Below, piece after piece: positions 9,042 to 20,220 of a DNA stretch of 64,000 nucleotides. The position numbers were made by a program, and so were the translations under genes. The DNA comes from Acidocella sp. (GTDB lineage Bacteria; Pseudomonadota; Alphaproteobacteria; Acetobacterales; Acetobacteraceae). Position 1 is the stretch's first letter; every line of letters starts with the position of its first letter. The stretch covers positions 36,066-100,065 of the forward strand of contig JARLIK010000011.1 of assembly GCA_031291755.1 (NCBI GenBank), written 5' to 3'. A model generated the notes under the pieces. The model was given only the letters and a program-made list of their open reading frames with translations, was not told where the DNA came from and did not search any database.

Positions 9042-10868
9042 TTAGGCGGCCGCTTTCACCACGTTCAGCACGGTTGCGCCGTAGCGTTCAATCTTGGTGG
9101 TGCCCATGCCTGGAATCTCGGCCAGGGCGCTGAAGCTGCTTGGCCGAAAGGTGGCGATGGCCGCCAGGGTGGTGTCGTGGAAAATCACGTAGGCCGGCAC
9201 ATTCTGTTCCTTCGCGAGGCGTGAGCGTTCGGTCCGTAGCGCTTCAAACAGTTTAGCGGCCTCGCCGGTCAATTCGGTGCGGGCCGTCTTGGTTTTCATC
9301 ACGGCAGCGGATGATGTTGGTGTGCGGTCGCGCCGGAAATTCACCGTCTCAACGCCTTTGAGCACCGGCTCGGCCAAGGCGGTGAGCCGTAGGGCACCGA
9401 AGGAATCGTGATCCACCTCAATGAACCCCCGTACGATCATTTGCCGGAATACCGAACCCCAGCCTTTGCGGTCCAATTCGGTTCCCACGCCAAACGTCGG
9501 CAATTGCTCATGATTGAACTTCAAAATTTTCTCGGAGCGTATCCCCAGCAGCACATCCACTACATGCCCGGTGCCGAAGCGCTGGCCGGTGCGCAACATG
9601 GCCGACATTGCCTTGCGGCAAGCAGTCGTGGCATCCCAGGTCTCAGCTGGGTTCAGGCAGGTGTCGCAATTGCCACAACCCTGCGCCATGGTCTCACCGA
9701 AATGCGCCAGTATGGCTTGACGGCGGCACGAAGCGGTTTCGCAAATCCCTAGCAATGCATCGAGCTTGCTGCGCTCTATCCGTTTGATGTCATCGGGCGA
9801 GCCGCTTTGGTCGATCATATTGCGCCGGAACACGATGTCCTGCGTGCCATACAGCAACAGAGTCTCAGCCGGCATGCCATCGCGTCCTGCCCGTCCGGTC
9901 TCCTGGTAAAACGCCTCAAGGCTGCCCGGCAAATCCAGATGGACCACAAAGCGCACATCGGGTTTATCAATCCCCATCCCAAACGCGATGGTGGCCACCA
10001 GCACCAAGCCCTCCTCAGCCAAAAACGCATCCTGATGGCGCGAACGTACCGCCGGGTCGAGCCTCGCGTGATAGGGCAGGGCGTTGATCCCCGCGGCTTT
10101 CAGCGCTGCGGCGGTTTCATCCACGGTATTGCGGCTCAGGCAGTAAACAATCCCGCTCTCACCTTCATGGGCTTTCAAAAATGTCAGCAGTTGCTTCAGT
10201 GGTGCGGCTTTTGGCACCACCGCGTAGCGAATGTTGGGCCTATCGAAACTTGCCAAAAACAGCCGCGCCTCATCCAGGTTCAGCCGCCGCCGGATTTCCT
10301 CGCGTGACTGCATATCCGCCGTGGCAGTCAGTGCGATGCGTGGCACGCCCGGAAACAGCCGCCCCAACGCGGCCAATTGCAAATATTCCGGCCGGAAATC
10401 ATGGCCCCATTGGCTGACGCAATGCGCCTCATCAATGGCAAACAGCGCAATCGGCGCTTCGTCCAGCATTTCCAAAAAATCCGGCTGCATCAGCCGCTCC
10501 GGCGCCACATACAGCATATCCAGCGTTCCAGCCCGCAGATCGGCCCGTACCTGGGCGCGTTCCGCGGGGCTCATGCTGGAGTTGATCGCCGCCGCATTCA
10601 CGCCTAACTGGCGCATCGCCGCCACTTGGTTGCGCATCAGCGCTATCAGTGGCGAGACCACCACGCCCACGCCGGGGCGGCATAATGAGGGCAACTGGTA
10701 GCAAAGCGACTTGCCGCCGCCGGTCGGCATCAACACAATCGCATCGCCGCCGCTCATCACATGCGAAATAACCGCCCGCTGCTCGCCCCGGAATCCAGGT
10801 AACCCAAATACGCTGTGCAGCACTCTATCAGGGTCGGCGGCAAACGAATCGGCCTGATGCATATCCAT
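9042..10868 (-). CDS. recQ: ATP-dependent DNA helicase RecQ
   Basis: [37 protein letters not shown], Zn-binding CRRQ/CGNCDTC, RQC and HRDC domains. Confidence 0.97.
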   Translation of the reverse strand: MDMHQADSFAADPDRVLHSVFGLPGFRGEQRAVISHVMSGGDAIVLMPTGGGKSLCYQLPSLCRPGVGVVVSPLIALMRNQVAAMRQLGVNAAAINSSMSPAERAQVRADLRAGTLDMLYVAPERLMQPDFLEMLDEAPIALFAIDEAHCVSQWGHDFRPEYLQLAALGRLFPGVPRIALTATADMQSREEIRRRLNLDEARLFLASFDRPNIRYAVVPKAAPLKQLLTFLKAHEGESGIVYCLSRNTVDETAAALKAAGINALPYHARLDPAVRSRHQDAFLAEEGLVLVATIAFGMGIDKPDVRFVVHLDLPGSLEAFYQETGRAGRDGMPAETLLLYGTQDIVFRRNMIDQSGSPDDIKRIERSKLDALLGICETASCRRQAILAHFGETMAQGCGNCDTCLNPAETWDATTACRKAMSAMLRTGQRFGTGHVVDVLLGIRSEKILKFNHEQLPTFGVGTELDRKGWGSVFRQMIVRGFIEVDHDSFGALRLTALAEPVLKGVETVNFRRDRTPTSSAAVMKTKTARTELTGEAAKLFEALRTERSRLAKEQNVPAYVIFHDTTLAAIATFRPSSFSALAEIPGMGTTKIERYGATVLNVVKAAA

Positions 10869-10953
10869 ACATCGTGGGTACAATTTCCGCTCGCGCCGAC
10901 GCAACCGCTGAGGTGCCCTATTAACCTTTGCTGGCGAACCCTATATCTGCGCG

Positions 10954-12429
10954 ATGGCAGATTACGCATCCTCTGAACGCTTGGCCCCCAATATTGGCTC
11001 GTTCGCCAACAGCTATGCGCGTCTGCCGGCGCAATTTTACGCCAGCGCTGTTCCCACCCCGGCACCGGAGCCGCGCCTTATTAAATTCAACCATGCGCTC
11101 GCCCGTGAACTTGGCCTGACACCGCCTGCCGATGATCTTGCGGCAATCTTTGCCGGCAACCTCGTCCCCGCAGGCGCCGAGCCGCTGGCGATGGCCTATG
11201 CCGGCCACCAATTCGGCGGCTTCGTCCCGCAACTCGGTGACGGCCGCGCCATTTTGCTGGGCGAAGTGATCGATACGCAAGGCCAGCGCCGCGACATCCA
11301 GTTGAAAGGCGCGGGCCGCACGCCGTTCTCGCGCCGGGGCGATGGCTGCGCCGCCCTGGGCCCGGTGCTGCGCGAATATCTCATCAGCGAGGCGATGCAC
11401 GCGCTTGGTATCCCCACCACCCGCGCCCTGGCCGCCGTGACGACCGGCCAGCAGATTTTGCGTGAAGAAGGTCTGGTGCCCGGCGCCGTCCTCACCCGGG
11501 TCGCGGCCAGCCATGTGCGGGTGGGCACATTTCAGTATTTTGCCGCACGCGGTGATGAAGCGTCCCTCCGGCTATTGGCCGATTACGTTATCAATAGGTG
11601 CTACCCTCAGGCCAAAGCCGCCGAGCGCCCGTACTTGGCGCTGTTGCAACTGGTGGCGGCATCGCAGGCCAAGCTGATCGCGCAATGGCTGCTTGTTGGC
11701 TTCATTCACGGCGTGATGAATACCGATAACATGGCGATCTCGGGCCAGACGATCGATTTCGGCCCGTGCGCCTTCATGGATGAGTACGACCCCGCCACCG
11801 TTTACAGCGCCATCGATTATTATGGCCGCTACGCCTATGCCAACCAGCCGCGCCTCGCCAACTGGAATCTCGCCCGCTTTGCCGAGGCTATTTTGCCACT
11901 GCTTGATGATGATCAGGACACCGCCATCGCGCTGGGCAGCGAGGTTATTGAAGGCTTCCAGGCGCAGTTTGCCGATTTTTGGCTGGAGGGCGCTCGCGCC
12001 AAGCTGGGGCTTTTTACCGCCGAAGATAGCGATGCAGCACTGATGAATGATCTGCTCGATACCATGCATAAAAACCAGGCCGATTTCACGCTCACCTTCC
12101 GGCATCTGAATGGCGATGCAAGATCGCAATTCATTGACCCGACGGCCTTCGATGCCTGGGCGCAAAGTTGGCAAGTTCGGCTCAGCCGTGAGACGCAATC
12201 ACCGGCTGAGCGGGCTGCCAAAATGCAGGCGGTCAACCCAGCATTCATTCCGCGTAACCACCGGGTCGAACAGGCGCTGCAAGCCGCAATTCAGCATGCG
12301 GACTATAGCCTGTTCGAGGAACTTCTCATGGTTTTAGCCAAGCCTTATCGGGACCAGCCGGAATCTGCCCGTTACGCCACCCCACCCGAGTTGGGGGAGC
12401 GCGTGCTGCATACCTTCTGCGGAACTTAG
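10954..12429 (+). CDS. selO: Protein adenylyltransferase SelO (YdiU)
   Basis: YAGHQFG, LGDGRA, QLKGAGRTPFSR, GFIHGVMNTDN, C-terminal TFCGT. Confidence 0.95.
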   Translation: MADYASSERLAPNIGSFANSYARLPAQFYASAVPTPAPEPRLIKFNHALARELGLTPPADDLAAIFAGNLVPAGAEPLAMAYAGHQFGGFVPQLGDGRAILLGEVIDTQGQRRDIQLKGAGRTPFSRRGDGCAALGPVLREYLISEAMHALGIPTTRALAAVTTGQQILREEGLVPGAVLTRVAASHVRVGTFQYFAARGDEASLRLLADYVINRCYPQAKAAERPYLALLQLVAASQAKLIAQWLLVGFIHGVMNTDNMAISGQTIDFGPCAFMDEYDPATVYSAIDYYGRYAYANQPRLANWNLARFAEAILPLLDDDQDTAIALGSEVIEGFQAQFADFWLEGARAKLGLFTAEDSDAALMNDLLDTMHKNQADFTLTFRHLNGDARSQFIDPTAFDAWAQSWQVRLSRETQSPAERAAKMQAVNPAFIPRNHRVEQALQAAIQHADYSLFEELLMVLAKPYRDQPESARYATPPELGERVLHTFCGT

Positions 12430-12433
12430 GTCC

Positions 12434-13858
12434 TTAAACGCGCGCCACCCGCAGTGCGTTGGTGGTGCCGGGCTGGCCAAACGGCACGCCCGCCACCACG
12501 ACAATTTCATCACCCTTTTTGGCAAAGCCTTCGAGCCGCGCCATATGCACCGCATTGGCCGTGGCCTCGGTCATGGAATGCACTTCCTTGGTAAGCGACG
12601 CATGCACCCCCCAAACTGCAGCCAATCGGCGCGCAACCGTGATGCTGGTGGTCAGCCCGATCACCGGGCAATCTGGCCGGTCCCGCGCCACCCGAAGCGC
12701 CGTTGAACCCGAGGCGGTGAGAGCGACGATGGCTTTGGCGCCGATGGTATGTGCCACCTGACAGGCGGCGGCGGCAATTGCGTCGGCAGAGGATCGTTCC
12801 GGATCAGGGCGTTTGGCATCAATGCCGCGCCGCCAATCCTCATCTCGCTCTACCCGGGTGATAATCCGGTCCATCATGTTCACCGACTCGCGCGGATACT
12901 GCCCGGCGGCGGACTCGGCTGATAGCATCACCGCATCAGCACCATCAAACACCGCCGTCGCCACGTCCGAGGCTTCGGCGCGGGTCGGGGCAGGGGCGGT
13001 GATCATGCTTTCCAGCATCTGGGTGGCCACCACCACCGGCAGGCCGCGTAACTGCGCCGCCCGGATGATGCGTTTTTGCGCTAGCGGTACGTCTTCGGGG
13101 GGTAATTCCACCCCCAAATCGCCACGCGCCACCATCACCGCATCCGAGAGGGCGAGAATTTCATCAAGATTATCCAAGGCTTGCGGCTTTTCGAGCTTGG
13201 TCATCACCAGTGCCCGCCCGTCAGCCAGCGCCTTGGCCTGCGCCACGTCCTCGGCCCGCTGCACGAAGGATAGACCAATATAGTCGATCCCCAGCGGCAG
13301 CACGAATTCCAGGTCGGCCAGGTCTTTTTTGGTCAGCGCCGGAATCGGCAGCACCACGTCGGGGATATTCACGCCCTTGCGGTCGGACAGCACGCCACCA
13401 TTCATGATTTCAGTGATCAGATGGTCTGGCATTTTACGCACCACCCGCAGCCGCAGCTTGCCATCATCAAGCAACAAGGTGGCTCCCACCGAGGCGGCTT
13501 CGAGAATTTCCGGGTGCGGCAAACAAACGCGGCGTGTATCGCCAGGGGCGGGGTTCATATCCAGGGTAAAGCTTTGTCCGGCCTGCAACTGCACACGGCC
13601 TGACTGAAATTGCCCGACTCGCAGCTTCGGCCCCTGCACATCGGCCAGAATCCCGATCGGGCGGCTGTATTTTTTCTCCAGCGCCCGGATCATCTCGATG
13701 CGGGCGGCGTGGTCGGCATGGGTGCCGTGCGAGAAATTCAGCCGGAATACATCGGCCCCCGCCAGAAATAACTGCCCCATCATCTCAAGCGTGGAGCTTG
13801 CCGGACCCAAGGTTGCTAGAATCTTCGTCCGCCGGTGGCGCCGTAACCGCTCAGTCAT
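12434..13858 (-). CDS. pyk: Pyruvate kinase
   Basis: RTKILATLGPAS, RLNFSHG, MVARGDLGVE, ATQMLESM. Confidence 0.97.
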   Translation of the reverse strand: MTERLRRHRRTKILATLGPASSTLEMMGQLFLAGADVFRLNFSHGTHADHAARIEMIRALEKKYSRPIGILADVQGPKLRVGQFQSGRVQLQAGQSFTLDMNPAPGDTRRVCLPHPEILEAASVGATLLLDDGKLRLRVVRKMPDHLITEIMNGGVLSDRKGVNIPDVVLPIPALTKKDLADLEFVLPLGIDYIGLSFVQRAEDVAQAKALADGRALVMTKLEKPQALDNLDEILALSDAVMVARGDLGVELPPEDVPLAQKRIIRAAQLRGLPVVVATQMLESMITAPAPTRAEASDVATAVFDGADAVMLSAESAAGQYPRESVNMMDRIITRVERDEDWRRGIDAKRPDPERSSADAIAAAACQVAHTIGAKAIVALTASGSTALRVARDRPDCPVIGLTTSITVARRLAAVWGVHASLTKEVHSMTEATANAVHMARLEGFAKKGDEIVVVAGVPFGQPGTTNALRVARV

Positions 13859-14111
13859 TGTTTATTCCTACTGCTCAACCATCCCTGACCGGCAAAGCCC
13901 CGGCAGCGTGGTTATAGGCCCAGCCAGCGCTGCCGTCATACCCGGGGTCTGTTAATGTTTCGACAAAATAGCGGTAATTTAAGTTTTTCCGTCTCGCTTA
14001 GCAATGTCTGTTAACTATAACTATAGGCCCCGCCAGCCTGCCAGCCGGGCAATTGTGGCGGCGGATACATCCCGGATTGAATACGCCTTCGGCCCGCGCT
14101 ACGCCGGGTTC

Positions 14112-15809
14112 ATGAATTCCTCCCGCACCATCGACCCAAATAGCGACATTGGCATCGCTCAGTTAACCCAGCTTCGCCCGATCGAGGCCGTTGCCGCCGA
14201 CCTCAACATTCCGCCAGAGGCGCTGTTTCGTTACGGCCCATTCAAAGGCAAAATTTCACTGCCATTTACCGCCCAGGTGGCGGCCAATGGGCGGCGCGGC
14301 AAGCTGATATTGGTAACCGCCATCAGCCCTACCCCGGCAGGCGAGGGTAAAACCACCACCACCATCGGGCTTGGCGATGCGCTGCGTCGGCGCGGCGTGA
14401 AAACCGCTATTTGTCTCCGCGAGCCCAGCCTCGGCCCATGCTTCGGCGCCAAAGGCGGTGCCACCGGCGGCGGCCATGCCCAAGTGGCGCCGATGGAGGA
14501 TATCAACCTGCATTTTACCGGCGATCTGCACGCCATCAGTGCCGCCCATAATCTGCTGGCTGCGATGATCGACAACCATATTTTCTGGGGCAACAAGTTG
14601 GAGTTGGATCCTCGCCGCGTCACCTGGCGGCGGGTGGTGGATTTGAACGACCGTTCGCTGCGCAAAATTGTCACTGGCCTGGGTGGCCCGGCGAATGGCT
14701 ACCCGCGTGAGACAGGCTTCGACATCACCGTGGCCAGCGAAGTGATGGCAATTTTCTGCCTGGCCCGTTCGCTGCAGGACCTTGCTGATCGTCTGGCTAA
14801 CATCGTCATTGGCCGCGATACACGCAAAAACCTCGTCCGCGCCGGTCAGTTAGGCGCCGCCGGGGCCATGACCGCGCTGCTGAAAGACGCGCTGGCGCCC
14901 AATTTGGTACAGACTCTGGAAGGCACGCCGGCGTTCATTCATGGCGGTCCGTTCGCCAATATCGCGCATGGCTGCAACTCGGTGCTGGCCACCGAAACGG
15001 CGCTGGGCCTGGCTGATTGTGTTGTCACGGAAGCCGGTTTTGGTGCCGATTTAGGGGCTGAGAAGTTTCTTGATATTAAATGCCGCAAGGCCGGGCTGGC
15101 CCCCGCCGCCGCTGTGGTGGTGGCCACCGTGCGGGCGCTGAAGATGCATGGCGGCGTGGCGTTGAAGCAGGTCGGGCAGGAAGATGTCGCCGCTGTTACC
15201 GCCGGCTGCAGCAACTTGATCCGTCATGTGCAGAACTGCCAGAAATTTGGCTTGCCGGTGCTGGTCGCCATCAACCGCTTCACCACCGATAGTGCTGCGG
15301 AGTTGCAAGCCATCAAGGATGTGTGCGCCGCCATCGGGGTAACCGCAGTGGCCTGCAATCATTGGGCGGAAGGCGGGCAGGGGGCGCTGGAACTGGCCGA
15401 TGCCGTGCATCGCATCACCTTGGCACCGGCGGCACCATTTAGCCTGCTCTATCCTGACAACATGCCGCTGGCGGATAAAATCCGCCGGGTCGCCACCGGG
15501 ATTTACGGCGCGGCGGCGGTGGTGTTTGAAGCCTCAGCCGCAGCGCAGCTTGCCGGGTTCGAACTGGCGGGGTTTGGCCATCTGCCGGTTTGCATGGCCA
15601 AAACCCAGTATAGCTTTTCGACTGACCCGACCCTGAAGGGCGCGCCGAGCGGTTTTACCTTACCAGTGCGCGAGGTCCGGCTGGCGGCCGGTGCTGGGTT
15701 CATCGTGGTGCTGTGCGGTGAAATTCTCACCATGCCGGGGCTGCCGCGCCACCCGGCAGCCGAGGATATTTTTCTCGATGCCGATGGGGATATCGGCGGT
15801 TTAAGCTAA
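14112..15809 (+). CDS. fhs: Formate--tetrahydrofolate ligase
   Basis: [53 protein letters not shown]; start chosen at ATG 14112. Confidence 0.97.
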   Translation: MNSSRTIDPNSDIGIAQLTQLRPIEAVAADLNIPPEALFRYGPFKGKISLPFTAQVAANGRRGKLILVTAISPTPAGEGKTTTTIGLGDALRRRGVKTAICLREPSLGPCFGAKGGATGGGHAQVAPMEDINLHFTGDLHAISAAHNLLAAMIDNHIFWGNKLELDPRRVTWRRVVDLNDRSLRKIVTGLGGPANGYPRETGFDITVASEVMAIFCLARSLQDLADRLANIVIGRDTRKNLVRAGQLGAAGAMTALLKDALAPNLVQTLEGTPAFIHGGPFANIAHGCNSVLATETALGLADCVVTEAGFGADLGAEKFLDIKCRKAGLAPAAAVVVATVRALKMHGGVALKQVGQEDVAAVTAGCSNLIRHVQNCQKFGLPVLVAINRFTTDSAAELQAIKDVCAAIGVTAVACNHWAEGGQGALELADAVHRITLAPAAPFSLLYPDNMPLADKIRRVATGIYGAAAVVFEASAAAQLAGFELAGFGHLPVCMAKTQYSFSTDPTLKGAPSGFTLPVREVRLAAGAGFIVVLCGEILTMPGLPRHPAAEDIFLDADGDIGGLS

Positions 15810-15829
15810 TTCGCTGGCGAATCGTCAAT

Positions 15830-15869
15830 AAAAAACCCGGTAGGAGCCTACACCCGCCGGGTTTTTTTT
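15830..15869. terminator. Bidirectional intrinsic terminator between fhs and lactate permease
   Basis: AAAAAACCCGG...CCGGGTTTTTTTT between convergent genes. Confidence 0.8.
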
Positions 15870-15880
15870 GGTGGAATCGG

Positions 15881-17491
15881 TTAGTGGGTCGGGATCACCC
15901 ATGGTACGACGAACTGTTCAACGATCACGATCCCCACCAGGATCAGCGTTAAAATAATGCTGTGAATGAAGGTCTTGGCAAACACCTTACCTTCCTGGCC
16001 CGCCATGCCTGTGACTGACACGCCGGTCGCGATATTCTGCGGTGAGATCAGCTTGCCGAACACGCCGCCGGAGGCATTGGTGGCGGCAAACAAGGTAGGG
16101 CTGAGGTTAAGCTGAGTGGCTGCCACCACCTGCAAATTGCCGAACAACGCGTTGCCTGAGGTATCGCTGCCTGACAGCGTGACCGCCAGCCAGCCGAGGA
16201 ACGGCGAGAGCAGCACGAAGAACTGCCCGGTCGAAGCCACACCATGCCCGAGCGTGTAGGCCAGACCAGAGTAGTTCATTAAATACGCCAGCCCGACGAT
16301 CAGCATAACGGTTACCACCGCCAGCCACATTTGCCGCACCGTCAGCATTATGCATTGCATCAGCGCACCGGGTGACAGCCGCACAATGTCCGCGGTGATG
16401 AATGCGGCGATCAAGATTGCCGTACCGGTAGCCAGCGGTTGAAACAGCCAGACGGCGGCATAGGGTTTGTCATGGTTCAGGGTGATGGAAATTGCGTTAT
16501 CCAGACCTGGCCAATGAATTGCTTGCGCACCAACGGTGAAGACCTTGAACTGAGTCCAGCCGATCACGACCGCCGATACGATCATCCAGGGCAGCCAGCC
16601 CTGCCAACTCGGAATTTTCGAGCCCGCCCCGGCCGAATTCATGGTGGCGGCCTTGATCATGAACGTTGGGTCAGGTGCCGGACGCCAGACTTGCAAAAAC
16701 AAGATGGTGATGATCAGCGAACCCAGCGAGGCCAGCACGTCGGTGAGGGAGTAGTTGATGTAATTTGCGGTGACGAACTGCATACCGGCAAAGCTCAATC
16801 CGGCCACCAGCAGCATCGGGAAGACGGCCACAATAGACCTGAATCCGCCGAACAGCCCGACCACATAGAATGGCAATATGATGGCGATAATCGGCAATTG
16901 CCGTCCCACCATGGCGCCGAGTTCGTTGGCAGGCAGGCTGGTGACGGCGCCCAGCACCGTGATCGGCACGCCCAGCGCGCCGAAGGCCACCGGGGCGGAG
17001 TTGAAAATCAAGGCGTAAACCAGCGCTTCCAGCGGTGCGAACCCGACGATGATCAGCAGCGAACTGACAATCGCGATCGGCACACCGAACCCGGCCACAC
17101 CTTCCAGCAAACATCCGAAGCAGAAGCCGATCACCACCAGCACCACCCGGCGGTCGTTAGGTAAATTCTGGATGATCCAGTCGCGGAAGGCATCGAAATG
17201 GCCAGAGCGAACGGTAATATTGTAAAGCAAAATCGCGTTCACCACGATCCACATCACCGGCCACATGGCGAATACGGCACCGTTCGCCACCGCATCGAAC
17301 GCCAGCGGCAGGGGCATCTGCCAAGGGCCGACGGCGATGATCAGAGCAACGATCAGACCAGCCAGTGCTGCCTGCCAGGCCGCACGCCGGAAGATTCCTA
17401 GCATGATCAACAGCACCACCACTGGCAGAATGGCAACCACGAATGACAGGCCGAGGCTGCCCTCGATTGGTGTGATAAGTTGTTTAAACAA
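15881..17491 (-). CDS. lctP: L-lactate/glycolate permease (LctP family), copy 1
   Basis: LLEGVAGFG, APVAFGALG, SGSDTSGNALFG, GKLISPQNI; TTG start after GGGGGA RBS. Confidence 0.92.
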   Translation of the reverse strand: MFKQLITPIEGSLGLSFVVAILPVVVLLIMLGIFRRAAWQAALAGLIVALIIAVGPWQMPLPLAFDAVANGAVFAMWPVMWIVVNAILLYNITVRSGHFDAFRDWIIQNLPNDRRVVLVVIGFCFGCLLEGVAGFGVPIAIVSSLLIIVGFAPLEALVYALIFNSAPVAFGALGVPITVLGAVTSLPANELGAMVGRQLPIIAIILPFYVVGLFGGFRSIVAVFPMLLVAGLSFAGMQFVTANYINYSLTDVLASLGSLIITILFLQVWRPAPDPTFMIKAATMNSAGAGSKIPSWQGWLPWMIVSAVVIGWTQFKVFTVGAQAIHWPGLDNAISITLNHDKPYAAVWLFQPLATGTAILIAAFITADIVRLSPGALMQCIMLTVRQMWLAVVTVMLIVGLAYLMNYSGLAYTLGHGVASTGQFFVLLSPFLGWLAVTLSGSDTSGNALFGNLQVVAATQLNLSPTLFAATNASGGVFGKLISPQNIATGVSVTGMAGQEGKVFAKTFIHSIILTLILVGIVIVEQFVVPWVIPTH

Positions 17492-17736
17492 TATTCCCCC
17501 CTGCCCATTACCCGTTGCAGATACGACCGGTCCAAGACGTTAAATCACAAGACAAATCGCTAACATAATAAATACTACTATGGTGCAAAACAAAACATCC
17601 GCGCAACTCCACTAAGCCTAAAATTATCAAAAGTCTCGCAACTATATGAAATTGCTTAGCCTATCGGGTATGTTCGACGATGTTTGGCGGGCTGCTGTGA
17701 CCGCTATTTAAAGCCGGCCCGGCGGGGCACGCCCAC

Positions 17737-17763
17737 AAAAAACCCCGCCAGAGGCGGGGTTTT
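17737..17763 (-). terminator. Intrinsic terminator after lactate permease copy 2
   Basis: AAAAAACCCCGCC-AGA-GGCGGGGTTTT. Confidence 0.85.
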
Positions 17764-17788
17764 CCAAGTCGAGCCTGCGAACCTAAAC

Positions 17789-19408
17789 TTAGGGGCTGAT
17801 AACCGGAATGATGCCCGGAATAACAAACTGCTGGATAATCACCAGCACCGCCAGGATCAGGGTCAGGATTACGGAGTGGATGAAGGTTTTGGCAAAAACC
17901 TTGCCTTCCTGCCCAACCATGCCGACCACCGAAACACCCGTCGCGATATTTTGCGGCGAGATCATCTTGCCCATCACGCCACCTGAAGAATTAGTGGCCG
18001 CGAACAGGATCGGGTTGAGACTAAGCTGCTTGGCGGCCACCACCTGCAAATTGCCGAACAAGGCGTTACCGGAAGTATCGCTGCCAGAGAGCATAACCGC
18101 GATCCAGCCCAAGAAGGGCGAGAGCAGCACGAAGAACTGCCCGGTTGAGGCGACGCCCTCACCAAGCGTGTAAGCCATACCGGAATAGTTCATCAAATAC
18201 GCCAGGCCGATGATGAGCATAACGGTACATACGGCCACCCATACCTGAGCGATGGTTTTTTTGACGCAACCAAAGAAATCAGCCACCGAGATCCTGACCA
18301 GCACGGCGGTAATCAACGCGGCGACCAGAATCGCGGTGCCGGTTGCCAAGGGCTGGAATACCCAAATCGCGGCGTAAGGCTTGTCGTGATACAAGGTAAT
18401 CGAGATCGCCTTGTCGAGGCCCGGCCAGTGAATGGCTTGCTGATCAATCGCGAAGATTTTGAACTGGGTCCAAATGATAACGACAGCGGATACAATGATC
18501 CAGGGCATCCAGCCCTTCCAGGCCGGCACATGGCTGGCATTGGCGGCGGCATGTTCAAGCACATGGCTCTTGATCGCAAATTCCTCATCTGGCGCCGGCT
18601 TCCAGAAGTTTAGGAAGGTGACTGTCGCAATCAGCGAACCCAATGAAGCGAGCACGTCGGTCAACGCGTAGTTGACGAAGTTCGAGGTCATGAACTGCAT
18701 GAATGCGAAACTGCCGCCCGCGACCAGCAGCAGAGGGAACAGCGCTTTGAGGGAGCGCATGCCACCATACAAAAACATGACGTAAAACGGCAGCAGCAGG
18801 GCCATTTCCGGCAACTGGCGGCCAACCATCTGGCCAAGTTGCAAAGCCGGCAGGCCAGTGACCTGGCCGAGCACGGTGATGGGAACGCCCAGTGCGCCGA
18901 AAGCCACCGGAGCCGTGTCAAATATCAAGCAGAAGGTCAGGGCTTCGAGCGGCGGGAAGCCGACCATGATCAACATGGCGCTGACGATGGCAACCGGCGT
19001 ACCAAAACCGGCCACACCTTCAAGCAGGGCGCCGAAACAGAAAGCCATCACGATCAGCACCACCCGGCGGTCATTTGGCAAGTGCCCGATGATCCAGTCA
19101 CGGAACGCATCAAAATAGCCGGAAGCGACCGTAATGTTATACAGCAAGATCGCGGCAATTACGATCCACATCACCGGCCACAGCGCGAATATCGCACCGT
19201 TGGCGACGGAATCCAGTGCCAAGCCAGCCGGCATCTGCCAGAGAAAGACCGCCACGACGAGAGCCACGATCAACCCGGCTAACGCGGCCTGCCAAGCCGC
19301 CCGGCGGAGCACGCCGAGCATGATTAGGACGGTCAAAACCGGTAATACCGCCACAATAAAGGACAGACCAAGGCTATCCCCTACCGGGGTAATAAGCTGC
19401 TTAAACAT
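17789..19408 (-). CDS. lctP: L-lactate/glycolate permease (LctP family), copy 2
   Basis: Same motifs as copy 1; GGGAGG RBS before ATG 19408. Confidence 0.92.
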   Translation of the reverse strand: MFKQLITPVGDSLGLSFIVAVLPVLTVLIMLGVLRRAAWQAALAGLIVALVVAVFLWQMPAGLALDSVANGAIFALWPVMWIVIAAILLYNITVASGYFDAFRDWIIGHLPNDRRVVLIVMAFCFGALLEGVAGFGTPVAIVSAMLIMVGFPPLEALTFCLIFDTAPVAFGALGVPITVLGQVTGLPALQLGQMVGRQLPEMALLLPFYVMFLYGGMRSLKALFPLLLVAGGSFAFMQFMTSNFVNYALTDVLASLGSLIATVTFLNFWKPAPDEEFAIKSHVLEHAAANASHVPAWKGWMPWIIVSAVVIIWTQFKIFAIDQQAIHWPGLDKAISITLYHDKPYAAIWVFQPLATGTAILVAALITAVLVRISVADFFGCVKKTIAQVWVAVCTVMLIIGLAYLMNYSGMAYTLGEGVASTGQFFVLLSPFLGWIAVMLSGSDTSGNALFGNLQVVAAKQLSLNPILFAATNSSGGVMGKMISPQNIATGVSVVGMVGQEGKVFAKTFIHSVILTLILAVLVIIQQFVIPGIIPVISP

Positions 19409-19563
19409 ATACGCCTCCCTAGGGCAATCAGAAACAAACATCAGGACAGGGCGTAGTCATGTCCACGCAGCCAACCTAGTTGCGATATTTCGATAGGTTT
19501 GTTCGCCGGGAAAAGCCAGAGCCCGAAGGAAAATAATTCACGAGAATTGGTCTTGGGCAGTAT

Positions 19564-20220
19564 TTAATCTGTCGGCGGCCCCACCATGACCACGTGCAGC
19601 CAGCCTGGCCCGTGCGCACCCCGTACCAATGTACCCTCAATATCGGTCGTTCCGCTGGCTCCGGTGACCAAATTAACGTTACGGGGCGGCGGTGCTCCCG
19701 TGAACGCCCTGACGTAATCTTCCATCCAGGGCCAGATATTTTTATATGATACCGCAACGATATGGTGCAGCGGTAAAAACGCAAACAAAGTAGGCGACTC
19801 AGGGGAGGAATGAAAAACCAACGACCCTGTCTCAGCTATGCCGCCTAGCGCCAGCCCAACGGCCAGTGTCTCATCAGTGCCGACATGATCGCGGGTCTGC
19901 AAGCCGCTCCAATTAAGCGCTTCCAAATTCGGGTGCGGTTGCAGGGCGATATTTAGCGCTAAATCATGCTGTGCTGCATACCGCATGACCGCCGCAGGAA
20001 GATCATTCAACGAGCCAATTCGCTCCGCCGAGGCGGCAACCCCGGGCGACTGTACGCGGTCGAGAAACACCTCATCCGGCGGGCCGGAAACACGCTCCGG
20101 CCTGGTGGCATCGATGCGTGCCCGCAATTGTGTAAGTTCAGCGGCGATGGCTGGTGCTGATGCCGGTGCGGGCAGGGCTTTACCGATCGCCGCAAAAATA
20201 GCCTTTTTGGCGTTGTTCAT
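19564..20220 (-). CDS. lutC: Lactate utilization protein C (LUD domain)
   Basis: GIAETGSL, LP-HHI, VTGASGTTDIEGTLVRGAHGP. Confidence 0.9.
   Translation of the reverse strand: MNNAKKAIFAAIGKALPAPASAPAIAAELTQLRARIDATRPERVSGPPDEVFLDRVQSPGVAASAERIGSLNDLPAAVMRYAAQHDLALNIALQPHPNLEALNWSGLQTRDHVGTDETLAVGLALGGIAETGSLVFHSSPESPTLFAFLPLHHIVAVSYKNIWPWMEDYVRAFTGAPPPRNVNLVTGASGTTDIEGTLVRGAHGPGWLHVVMVGPPTD

Noticed and set aside
12400-12432. Selenocysteine in SelO
   Set aside because: Ends TFCGT-TAG; no in-frame UGA
13860-14111. ZMP/ZTP or THF riboswitch upstream of fhs
   Set aside because: No GACTGGCG/CGCCTGGGC core seen; only a CGGCAGCG...CGCTGCCG hairpin. An Infernal scan would be needed.
16439-17164. 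Long antisense ORFs (e.g. 241 aa over lctP, 249 aa over asd)
   Set aside because: Mirror frames of well-supported genes, with no motifs
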